A stretch of 35,428 nt of DNA from Candidatus Omnitrophota bacterium (lineage in GTDB: Bacteria; Ratteibacteria; UBA8468; MWAK01), in contig JAHJUB010000002.1 in NCBI GenBank assembly GCA_018829455.1, positions 1 through 35,428 on the forward strand, given 5' to 3'. Of this stretch, positions 15,932 to 22,840 are shown piece after piece (position 1 is the stretch's first letter; every line of letters begins with the position of its first letter). The position numbers were made by a program, and so were the translations under genes. Below the pieces are notes generated by a model. It was not told the DNA's origin and made no database searches. It worked only from the letters and a program-made list of their open reading frames with translations.

Positions 15932-17503
15932 CTACACCCACACCTTCCGGTCCAACGCCCGGTACTGGATGGCCTCGGAGATATGCTCCACTTCTATCTT
16001 TTCGGATTTATCCAGGTCCGCGATGGTGCGGCCGACCTTCTTCAATTTGTCGTAGGAACGGGCGCTCAACGAAAACCTCTCCATAGCGGCCTTTAAGAGG
16101 TTATCGGCTTCCGGCGTAAGCAGGCAGTGTTCTTTAATTTGCCGGCCGGTGAGAGAAGCGTTGGTGCGACCACCCCCCCACCTCGCCTCCCCCGCCAGGG
16201 GGGAGGTAGAATCACAGTAGCGCTCTGCCTGAACCTGCCGGACAGACTGAATCCGGTTGCGAATTATCTGGGAACTTTCGCCGGCCGGCCGGTTATCGCT
16301 CAAATCTGAAAACGGCACCGGCGGAACCTCCACGTGCAGGTCAATCCGGTCCAGGAGCGGACCGGAAAGTTTACTGCGGTATTTGGCAATCTGGCTGGCC
16401 GGGCAGCGGCAGGATTTACGGGGATTGCCGAGGTTGCCGCAGGGACAGGGATTCATCGCGGCAATCAGAATAAAGGAGGCCGGGAAAGAAACCGAACCTT
16501 TAGCCCGGGAAATGTGGACCAACCCCTCCTCCAGGGGCTGGCGTAAAACCTCCAGCACGCTGCGGTCAAACTCCGGAAGTTCATCCAGAAACAAAACCCC
16601 GTTGTGGGCCAGACTAACCTCTCCGGGTTTGGGTATGGAACCGCCGCCGATTAACGCTATGTCAGAGACGGTATGGTGCGGACTGCGAAAGGGGCGGTTC
16701 CGGATAAGCCCCTCCTCCGGCAGAAGACCGGCGAGACTATAAACCTTGCTGGTCTCAATCATTTCATCAAGAGTAAGAAACGGCAGGATTGACGGGACCC
16801 TTTTCGCCAGCATCGTCTTGCCGGCGCCGGGCGGTCCGACGAAAACAATATTGTGTCCGCCGGCAACCGCCACTTCCAACGCCCGCTTGGCAAATTCCTG
16901 GCCCCGAACTTCCGAAAAATCGGAAGGATACTCGGCCCGGGCTTCAAACAGCGCACCAGGTTTCAGCCGGAACGGCGCTATCTCTAACTCCCCCTGAAGA
17001 AAGGAAACTGCTTCCGAAAGGGTTGACACCGGGTAGACTTCTAAACCTTCAATAATCGCAGCTTCTGGAGCGTTTTCCCTGGGCAGGATAATTTTCTTAA
17101 TCCGATTCTCCCGGGCAAAAACAGCCATCGGCAACACTCCCCGAACCCGGCGCACTTCTCCCTGCAGGGAAAGTTCACCTAAAATATAGCACCCGGCCAG
17201 AGTTTCAGCCGTAAGGGAAGGTATTCCGCTGGTAGCCACAAGAGCAACGGCAACCGCCAGGTCAAAAGAAGGACCTTCTTTCCTTATTTCGGCCGGCGCC
17301 AAGTTAACGGTAATTCGGCGGTAGGGAAAAGGAAGGCCTGAATTCTTGATGGCCGGTTTAATACGGTCCCGGCTCTCCCGGATCGCTTGGTCCGGAAGGC
17401 CGACAATGGATATCCCGGGCAGACCGCCGGAAACGTCCACTTCAATCCTTACCAGATAAGCATTACAGCCGAAGATACCCAGGGAATTGACGGCAGAAAT
17501 CAT
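15932..17503 (-). CDS. comM: Mg-chelatase-like AAA+ protein ComM/YifB
   Basis: 523 aa with an N-terminal Lon-protease-like domain (GLPGISIVGLPD), Walker A GPPGAGKT, VLFLDELPEF, a CxCG zinc motif and C-terminal SARSYDKLKKVGRTIADL. Confidence 0.93.
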   Translation of the reverse strand: MISAVNSLGIFGCNAYLVRIEVDVSGGLPGISIVGLPDQAIRESRDRIKPAIKNSGLPFPYRRITVNLAPAEIRKEGPSFDLAVAVALVATSGIPSLTAETLAGCYILGELSLQGEVRRVRGVLPMAVFARENRIKKIILPRENAPEAAIIEGLEVYPVSTLSEAVSFLQGELEIAPFRLKPGALFEARAEYPSDFSEVRGQEFAKRALEVAVAGGHNIVFVGPPGAGKTMLAKRVPSILPFLTLDEMIETSKVYSLAGLLPEEGLIRNRPFRSPHHTVSDIALIGGGSIPKPGEVSLAHNGVLFLDELPEFDRSVLEVLRQPLEEGLVHISRAKGSVSFPASFILIAAMNPCPCGNLGNPRKSCRCPASQIAKYRSKLSGPLLDRIDLHVEVPPVPFSDLSDNRPAGESSQIIRNRIQSVRQVQAERYCDSTSPLAGEARWGGGRTNASLTGRQIKEHCLLTPEADNLLKAAMERFSLSARSYDKLKKVGRTIADLDKSEKIEVEHISEAIQYRALDRKVWV

Positions 17504-17880
17504 ATTACATTCTTGGTCAGGGAAATCCTGGGGGTCTTTTCGGAAAGGTCAACGCCTACAAAATCAAAACGGATAGGTTGGTCAAACTCGCCTGACTTCT
17601 GCAGGTAAGAGGAGGCCGATTTTCCCCAGTGGGAAATCTTATTCCGGGTCAGTGATTCTATCGGGGTCCCGAAATCTGTTCCCCGGCGGGTACGAACTTC
17701 AATAAATACGAGTTCCCGGGCTTCCCGGGCAATCAGGTCAATTTCACCGTATGGGGTTTGATAATTACGCTCCAAAATACGATACCCCTGTTTTTGCAAG
17801 AATACCTCGGCCATTTTTTCACCGGCCTGGCCCAACTCTTTCCTTCCATCCTTTTTTTTGCCGGGTTCCTCAGGCGTCAT
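17500..17880 (-). CDS. yraN: YraN-family (UPF0102) endonuclease-like protein
   Basis: G..GE..A..FL...GY.IL.RN......GEIDLIA.....LVFIEV+.R pattern. Start set at ATG 17880. The longer track ORF runs into rplS. It overlaps the comM start by 4 nt. Confidence 0.85.
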   Translation of the reverse strand: MTPEEPGKKKDGRKELGQAGEKMAEVFLQKQGYRILERNYQTPYGEIDLIAREARELVFIEVRTRRGTDFGTPIESLTRNKISHWGKSASSYLQKSGEFDQPIRFDFVGVDLSEKTPRISLTKNVI

Positions 17881-17887
17881 TAAGCTT

Positions 17888-18211
17888 TTAATGCGTACTT
17901 CGTAACTCCCCGTCTCGCAAATGATACAGTTTGGCCCGTCGGCTCTTGCCAGACTTGATAATTTCAATCTTTTTAATAATCGGACTGTAAAGAGGCACAA
18001 TGCGTTCCACGCCTTCTCCGTACGAAACCTTGCGCACCGTCATTGTGGCTCCGGTCCCGCTGCCCCGCATGGCAATAACTGTTCCCTTAAATATCTGGGT
18101 ACGCTCTTTTCCGGCTTCAACCACTTTCAGGTGCAAAGCAACCTCATCGCCGGGCTTAACCACCGGGATTTCTTTCTTAAACTCTTTTTCGATTTCTTCA
18201 ATCAGGTTCAT
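17888..18211 (-). CDS. rplS: 50S ribosomal protein L19
   Basis: MNLIEEIEKEFKKEIPVVKPGDEV...RIFKGTVI-type L19 sequence. The ATG at 18211 overlaps the queH TGA (ATGA). Confidence 0.93.
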   Translation of the reverse strand: MNLIEEIEKEFKKEIPVVKPGDEVALHLKVVEAGKERTQIFKGTVIAMRGSGTGATMTVRKVSYGEGVERIVPLYSPIIKKIEIIKSGKSRRAKLYHLRDGELRSTH

Positions 18212-18735
18212 ATCTTCTTCTCCCATTCGCTGTAGAGACAACCGCAATAATTTTGATGATAAAGGCCCAGCCCCCTGCTCCGGGCTTGCGCCTCTTTTCC
18301 ATTGACCCGGAAATTCTGATAAAGAAACGGAACTCCAACCCTCCCGCCTATTTCCAGACCGAGTTCTTTCAGGGCCTGGTGGTTCTGGTGACCGCTGGCC
18401 AGAAGCGTGGTGGTGAAACCATCAAAACCACCTGTTTTTGCGGCCAAGGCAACTTTTTCCAGGCGATGCCGCCAGCAGAAGAGACACCGGCCCCCTTCAC
18501 GCTGGGCTTCGACCAGTCCGGAAAGAAAATCAGAAAAATCTGCCTGTTCCACCAGCAAAGATAACTGGAGATTTCCAAACAGGAAACCGGCGGTCATCAG
18601 CCGCCGCTGATATTCGGAATAGGGATGGATATTAGGATTATACCAATAACCGGTTAGTTGATTCCCTTCCTTATTAAGCGCTTCCTGAGGACCCAAAGCA
18701 CAGGGTCCGCAGCAGACATGAAGCAGAATACGCAC
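18208..18735 (-). CDS. queH: Epoxyqueuosine reductase QueH (DUF208)
   Basis: 175 aa with the LLHVCCGPC N-terminal motif and the C-terminal YHQNYCGC Cys cluster typical of QueH. It has a GTG start, no SD, and an in-frame stop four codons upstream. Confidence 0.88.
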   Translation of the reverse strand: MRILLHVCCGPCALGPQEALNKEGNQLTGYWYNPNIHPYSEYQRRLMTAGFLFGNLQLSLLVEQADFSDFLSGLVEAQREGGRCLFCWRHRLEKVALAAKTGGFDGFTTTLLASGHQNHQALKELGLEIGGRVGVPFLYQNFRVNGKEAQARSRGLGLYHQNYCGCLYSEWEKKI

Positions 18736-18741
18736 TATTTT

Positions 18742-18771
18742 ATTTTAACATTAGCGCGGAAGAGGCGTCAA
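18742..18771 (-). promoter_or_regulatory. Candidate promoter of queH
   Basis: Minus-sense TTGACG (18771-18766), 18-nt spacer, TGtTAAAAT with the hexamer ending at 18742. The queH GTG begins 7 nt after the hexamer. Confidence 0.55.
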
Positions 18772-18800
18772 TTAAAAGATTTATTCTTTAATGGTCTCTA

Positions 18801-18809
18801 TGTTACAAT
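18801..18809 (+). promoter_or_regulatory. Extended -10 element (TGtTACAAT) of the duplicated plus-strand promoter
   Basis: The hexamer ends 6 nt before GTG 18816. An identical element lies at 21538-21546. Confidence 0.5.
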
Positions 18810-18815
18810 GTAAAG

Positions 18816-18890
18816 GTGGAATGGAAATCGTTCGGGGATAATATCTCGGCAGCCGGCAAATATTTCTTTTCGTCCCGCTCAACAGTCTAA
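18816..18890 (+). pseudogene. Internally deleted remnant of a paralog of the 21891-22268 gene
   Basis: GTG-GAA-TGG-AAA-TCG-TTC-GGG-GAT-AAT-ATC (MEWKSFGDNI) matches the start of the 125-aa ORF. It then jumps to sequence matching 22148-22180. The deletion lies between AACCGGCA/CCGGCA direct repeats. The frame ends after 24 codons. Confidence 0.75.
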
Positions 18891-18900
18891 GTGGTTTTAG

Positions 18901-20328
18901 TTAAAACTGAAATCCCTTCTCAAAAACTTTCAGGCAGGCATTCACTGCTTCCGGGTCATAAAGAATGTTTCTGTTTTGTAATATTTCAGCCAGCGCTTTG
19001 TCAATACCGAGAGCCGGCCGGTAAGGCCGGTGGGAAGACATCGCTTCAACCACGTCGGCAACCGCTAAAATTTTCGCTTCCAACATGATTTTCCCCCCGG
19101 ACAGTCCTTTGGGATAACCGGTGCCGTTTATCCTTTCGTGGTGCTGAATGGTTATCTTGGCAATCTCCCAGGGAAATTCAATTTCCTTTAATATCTGGTA
19201 ACCAACCAAGGAATGCGTCTTAATTATGGAAAATTCATGACTGTTCAGACTGCCGGGTTTGCCCAGAATTTCCACCGGAATGGTTATCTTACCCACATCA
19301 TGGAGGAGACTGGCGATGCGGATTCCCTCCACCTGTTTTTCCGGAAGGTCCATTTCTCTGGCGATGGCGGTTGCCAGCGCTGCAACCCGGGTTTCGTGAC
19401 CGGCGGTATAGGAGTCTCTTATCTCTCCTAATTTACCGATGAGATTAATCGTCTCGTTCAGTAATTTTTGCATTTTTTCTGCTGCCTGTCTGCGCTCGGT
19501 GATGTCGGTGCTGATGGTAAGTATCCGGGCGTTCTCTCCTTTTCCATTCAAGAACAGACATTTTATGGTCTGATGAAAACGTACTTCCCCTGAAGACAGA
19601 GTACAAATTTCTTCCAGAATGAATTTCTCCTTGCCGGTTCGCAACACCTCCAGGTCGTCTCGCCGGGACCGGGAAGCTTCCTTAGAAATGGCGCCAAGGT
19701 CAACATCCGTTTTCCCGGTCATTTGTTCGGGAGTAATCCCGCGGACGTCGGCCATTCTCCGGTTCGCCAAAAGATATCTACCCTGACTATCTTTGACCGA
19801 AACCAGGTTAGGGCTCATATCAATTATTTGTCTTAAAAAAGTGTACTGGCGAACACATTCCTTCTCCTCTGCCCGCTTGCGTTCGGTGATGTCGCGACCC
19901 TCCGGGATAAGAAACATAACCTTGCCGCTTTTATCTTTGATGGGCTTAAGGGAGAAGTCAACGTAATGAAGGCTTCCGTCGGCTGCAAGATGGGTCGCCT
20001 CAAAACGCACAAACTGCCCTTCCGAAGCTGATTTTACGGCAGCCCGAAGATTCTTCTGCATTTCCGGGCTATGCGTCCACCAGGGCGTCTTCCAGAACAG
20101 TTTCCCGATCACATCAGACTCTTGGATTCCGGCAAACGCCAGCGCCGACCGGTTGGCCTCGATAAGTATCCCGTCGGGTGTCATGAGACCGATAAATTGG
20201 AACGCCTGTTCGAAAATATCGGATTTCCTTTTATACTTCTCCGACACCTCCACTACCTGTTTATGGTTATTACTCAAATTCTCCGTCTGAATGTTACCTC
20301 GTTTCTTCCGCCCCGATTCATCTCCCAT
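18901..20328 (-). CDS. PAS-PAS-HD-GYP domain protein (putative c-di-GMP phosphodiesterase / signalling protein)
   Basis: Two PAS-like modules are followed by HDVGK...HHERINGTGYPKGL (HD-GYP). Start set at ATG 20328 (MGDESGRKK), which has AAGGAG 7 nt upstream. The track ORF begins at an upstream TTG (20367). Confidence 0.88.
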   Translation of the reverse strand: MGDESGRKKRGNIQTENLSNNHKQVVEVSEKYKRKSDIFEQAFQFIGLMTPDGILIEANRSALAFAGIQESDVIGKLFWKTPWWTHSPEMQKNLRAAVKSASEGQFVRFEATHLAADGSLHYVDFSLKPIKDKSGKVMFLIPEGRDITERKRAEEKECVRQYTFLRQIIDMSPNLVSVKDSQGRYLLANRRMADVRGITPEQMTGKTDVDLGAISKEASRSRRDDLEVLRTGKEKFILEEICTLSSGEVRFHQTIKCLFLNGKGENARILTISTDITERRQAAEKMQKLLNETINLIGKLGEIRDSYTAGHETRVAALATAIAREMDLPEKQVEGIRIASLLHDVGKITIPVEILGKPGSLNSHEFSIIKTHSLVGYQILKEIEFPWEIAKITIQHHERINGTGYPKGLSGGKIMLEAKILAVADVVEAMSSHRPYRPALGIDKALAEILQNRNILYDPEAVNACLKVFEKGFQF

Positions 20329-20375
20329 GTTTCCGCTCCTTACTCTTTTTTTCAAAAATAAATTCAAGATAATTT

Positions 20376-20405
20376 ATTTTAACATTAGCGCGGAAGAAGT
20401 GTCAA
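20376..20405 (-). promoter_or_regulatory. Candidate promoter of the HD-GYP gene (duplicate of the queH promoter)
   Basis: Minus-sense TTGACA (20405-20400), 18-nt spacer, TGtTAAAAT (hexamer 20381-20376). It is followed by a 5'UTR of about 45 nt with an SD. Confidence 0.55.
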
Positions 20406-20409
20406 TTAA

Positions 20410-21507
20410 CGAAGTGCCTCATCTAAAATCTACTCGAAACCAATACGATGCCTCACGTAAGAAATCTACACCAAAACGTACCGCTTCTGGTAAGATAAAC
20501 AGAACAAAGGCTCCCCTTCGCGCTCAGTGCTACGGCGAGCCAAAGGAGGCGGTGAATGGGGCTAACGATGAGCGAGAAGAAAGCAATCACCAAAGAAGTG
20601 GCAAAGCGGTACCGGAAGGCAAGAAAAAAGGAGAAAGGCGGGATGTTGAATGAGTTTGTGGCGACAACCGGCTATAACCGCAACTACGCTGCCTGGGTAT
20701 TGCGCAACTGGTACAGGGAGATAGGCCGGTATCTTCACAACGGGGATAAAATCGTCCTGGTAAAAGAGAGAAATGGCAGGTTAAGGGAAAGTCCACTACA
20801 AAACCCGGAACGCTTCTTAAGAGCCAGATACCAATCAGGACCTTTGCCGATTGGAATGAGAATAAGCCCGGCTTCATTGAAGCAGACCTGGTGGGACACG
20901 ACGGGGGCAGCCCTGTGGGTATCTACGGCCAGACGCTTACCGCCACCGATATTTTCACCGGCTGGACCGAGACGGAAGCGGTCAAGAACAAAGCCAGAAT
21001 CTGGGTCTTCGCGGGCCTGAAGAACATCAGAGGGAGATTCCCCTTCCCTATCCTGGGTCTGGACTCTGACAACGGCGGTGAATTCATCAACCACCCGCTC
21101 TACGAATACTGCCTATCCGAGGAAATCACCTTCACTCGCGGTCGCTCATACCGGAAGAACGATAACTGCTATGTAGAGCAGAAGAATTATTCGGTGGTTA
21201 GAAAGATGGTGGGCTACCGCCGGTATGACACCGAAGAAGAACAGGAAATACTCAACCGGCTTTACCGGTTTCTTTCCTTCTACACCAACTACTTCCAGCC
21301 CTTAAGGAAACTGATTAAGAAAGAACGGATAGGCGCGAAGGTCAGAAAGACATACGACACCCCCAGAACACCCTACCGCCGCGTCATGGAAATACCCGAA
21401 ATACCGGAGAGAACAAAAGGAAGTGCAAAAACAGGAGGACTTCGTGTATAATTTAAGTGAGGCGGCGGAATCTATCCTTCGTATAGATTCTTACGTGAGG
21501 CATTAGG
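20410..21507 (+). mobile_element. Decayed insertion sequence (rve/DDE transposase type), ~1.1 kb, with 5-bp target duplication ATTAA
   Basis: ATTAA at 20405-20409 and 21508-21512 flanks the element. The unoccupied paralogous site (18767-18780) reads GTCA-ATTAA-AAGATTT. The imperfect terminal repeats contain TGCCTCA..TAA.AATCTA..CG at both ends, and each end carries a second subterminal copy. Confidence 0.8.
20556..21451 (+). pseudogene. rve-family (integrase core, DDE) transposase, frameshifted and apparently internally deleted
   Basis: The N-terminal HTH part (MSEKKAITKEVAKRYRKARKKEKGGMLNEFVATTGYNRNYAAWVLRN) is in one frame. The catalytic part (STTKPGTLLKSQIPIRTFADWNENKPGFIEADLVGHDGG...LDSDNGGEFINH...VEQKN) is in another frame that opens at about 20750. 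The junction leaves far less sequence between HTH and core than I expect for this family. Confidence 0.8.
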
Positions 21508-21537
21508 ATTAAAGGGTTTATTCTTTCACGGCCTCTA

Positions 21538-21546
21538 TGTTACAAT
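21538..21546 (+). promoter_or_regulatory. Extended -10 element (TGtTACAAT) upstream of the 125-aa gene, now separated from it by the MITE
   Basis: Identical to 18801-18809. Without the 335-bp insert and one TTA copy, the hexamer would end 6 nt before ATG 21891. Confidence 0.5.
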
Positions 21547-21550
21547 ATTA

Positions 21551-21885
21551 GGGGTTACAAAAGAATAAAATTACCTATTTGCCAGAGCTGATTTTGGAGC
21601 GAGACAAGGAGCGAAGAAGATTGGTTGACACACTGCAGTCTCCCTGCCATACGCCGAAGAGACGAAGAAGGTACAACTTCTGGCAGGGTTGTCACTGTAC
21701 TACTCAATCAATAAGCGACGCAGTCGCAGCCCAAAAGCACCTGGCCCTTCGGGGAATCCCGTCTTTGGGTCATTGCGGCGTTGCTCCTCGGTTATGTGCC
21801 ACAGTGGGCACAGAACCTTCGTCGCGCCTGGCACTGACCTTAAATCCGGGACTCCAAATAGGTAATTTTATTCTTTTGTAACCCC
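21551..21885. mobile_element. MITE-like non-autonomous element, 335 bp, 31-bp perfect terminal inverted repeats, TTA target duplication
   Basis: GGGGTTACAAAAGAATAAAATTACCTATTTG (21551-21581) is the exact reverse complement of 21855-21885. TTA flanks both ends (21548-21550 and 21886-21888). The paralogous site at 18801-18825 is uninterrupted and of matching length. The internal 273 bp is GC-rich with several local hairpins and shows no convincing coding signal. Confidence 0.8.
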
Positions 21886-21890
21886 TTAAC

Positions 21891-22268
21891 ATGGAATGGA
21901 AATCGTTCGGGGACAATATCTCAATAACCGGCAAACCAAGGGAAGTGCGCTCGTTAAAACTGCCGGATGCGCTCGGCAATTTCCGGCGTTACCGGGTTAC
22001 CACCACCTGGGATTTAGACCGGTACAATTTCACCCGGGCGCCGGCCGTCGGACGGCTGGCCAAAGACAATAAGGAGGGTAAAATCGGCGCGGTGGTTATG
22101 GGTCGCAGCGGCGGTTATCTAAAAATCGGACGGTTTCCGAACCGGCAGACGTTTCTTTTTGTCCCGCTCAACAGTCTCAGTCAAAAAGTAAAAAACGGCC
22201 TTCTCAAAAACGAGAACTTGGACCTCTTCCTGGAAGGAAACCTGCTCTTCGCCCGCCAAAGGGAATGA
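21891..22268 (+). CDS. Hypothetical protein, 125 aa
   Basis: Intact ORF (MEWKSFGDNISITGKPREV...). A decayed paralog lies at 18816. No family recognised, and no SD lies upstream. Confidence 0.6.
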   Translation: MEWKSFGDNISITGKPREVRSLKLPDALGNFRRYRVTTTWDLDRYNFTRAPAVGRLAKDNKEGKIGAVVMGRSGGYLKIGRFPNRQTFLFVPLNSLSQKVKNGLLKNENLDLFLEGNLLFARQRE

Positions 22269-22305
22269 CGAACTAAAATTTGGTGGGAGAGGCGGAAAGG
22301 ATTAA

Positions 22306-22637
22306 GTAGGGGCGCCATTCATGGCGCCCGCGGGTCGGATCCTCCTTCGCCAAGGCTACGGCGGACGCGGTAAATCCGACCCCTACATTAACAGCGCCAA
22401 ACAAGCTTGGCAACTACAAATAAAAAGCGACCCTGAAAGGGTCGCGCACTACGTAGGAACGGGAATAGTTAAAGTAGTGTGGATTCCCGCTTACTATCCG
22501 CCTTCGCTAAAGCTTCGGCGGACACAGTCCGCGGGAATGACAGAGGGGTGACAGGCGACCCTGAAAGGGTCGCACTACGAAAGAGACAGGCGGGACGCCT
22601 GTCCTACTACGCGGGTCGGATGAATCCGACCCCTACA
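22306..22637. repeat. Array of at least 8 GTAG-headed hairpin units of several subtypes (BIME-like mosaic)
   Basis: The units are: 22306-22386 (a doublet whose TCGGAT/ATCCGA hairpin loop carries a 32-nt insert), 22396-22417, 22427-22452, 22453-22496, 22555-22578, 22586-22607 and 22613-22637. Most have their GTAG head on the minus strand. Confidence 0.88.
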
Positions 22638-22668
22638 TTTTTAGTGTGTTTTGTACTTCTTCAAGCGA

Positions 22669-22835
22669 GGATTGTCTCTTTTGCAGCACTTCGCGAAGTG
22701 TCAGCGACAAAACAAGCAATACGGAGGCTTGAGTGGCCGGGGCTCACCTGCAGTTTAGGTGAGAACACGGCGAGGCTCAAGCCGGAGTTGCGTAGTTTTG
22801 TCTGACACGAAGAGTGTGCAGCAAAAGAGACATCC
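22669..22835. ncRNA. 167-nt long imperfect palindrome: candidate rod-shaped structured RNA, or a TIR element
   Basis: The arms 22669-22713 and 22795-22835 pair in blocks of 4, 11, 4, 7 and 7 bp, separated by internal loops. The apical part has GGCTTGAG/CTCAAGCC (22726-22733 and 22776-22783) and CTCACC/GGTGAG (22743-22748 and 22758-22763). It starts 5 nt after the rpsG stop. Strand and function are unknown. Confidence 0.4.
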
Positions 22836-22840
22836 GAGCG

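Larger units (their letters stand above)
18739..18927. repeat. Copy 1 of a duplicated divergent-promoter/5'-gene segment
   Basis: Collinear with 20373-20409, 21508-21550, 21886-21937 and 22141-22211. Copy 2 is interrupted by an IS remnant and a MITE, and it retains about 210 bp that copy 1 lacks. Most aligned blocks differ by only a few mismatches. Confidence 0.85.

Noticed and set aside
21579-21881. 100-aa ORF filling the interior of the MITE-like element
   Set aside because: It has a TTG start inside the left TIR and no SD. The composition is Arg/Cys/Pro-rich, as is typical of out-of-frame GC-rich DNA, and the ORF ends inside the right TIR. The open frame is most likely fortuitous.
21891-22268. 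A PilZ (c-di-GMP receptor) identity for the 125-aa protein next to the HD-GYP gene
   Set aside because: The protein has RRYRV and RSGGY segments that loosely recall the RxxxR and D/NxSxxG motifs. However, the spacing within and between them does not fit the canonical PilZ signature. I cannot support the call without a profile search.
22306-22637. Possible CRISPR array, given many short palindromic repeats in a row
   Set aside because: The units belong to several different sequence types, appear in both orientations and lie at irregular spacing. There is no constant repeat alternating with unique spacers, and no cas genes are present. The pattern fits a REP/BIME-like mosaic, not CRISPR.
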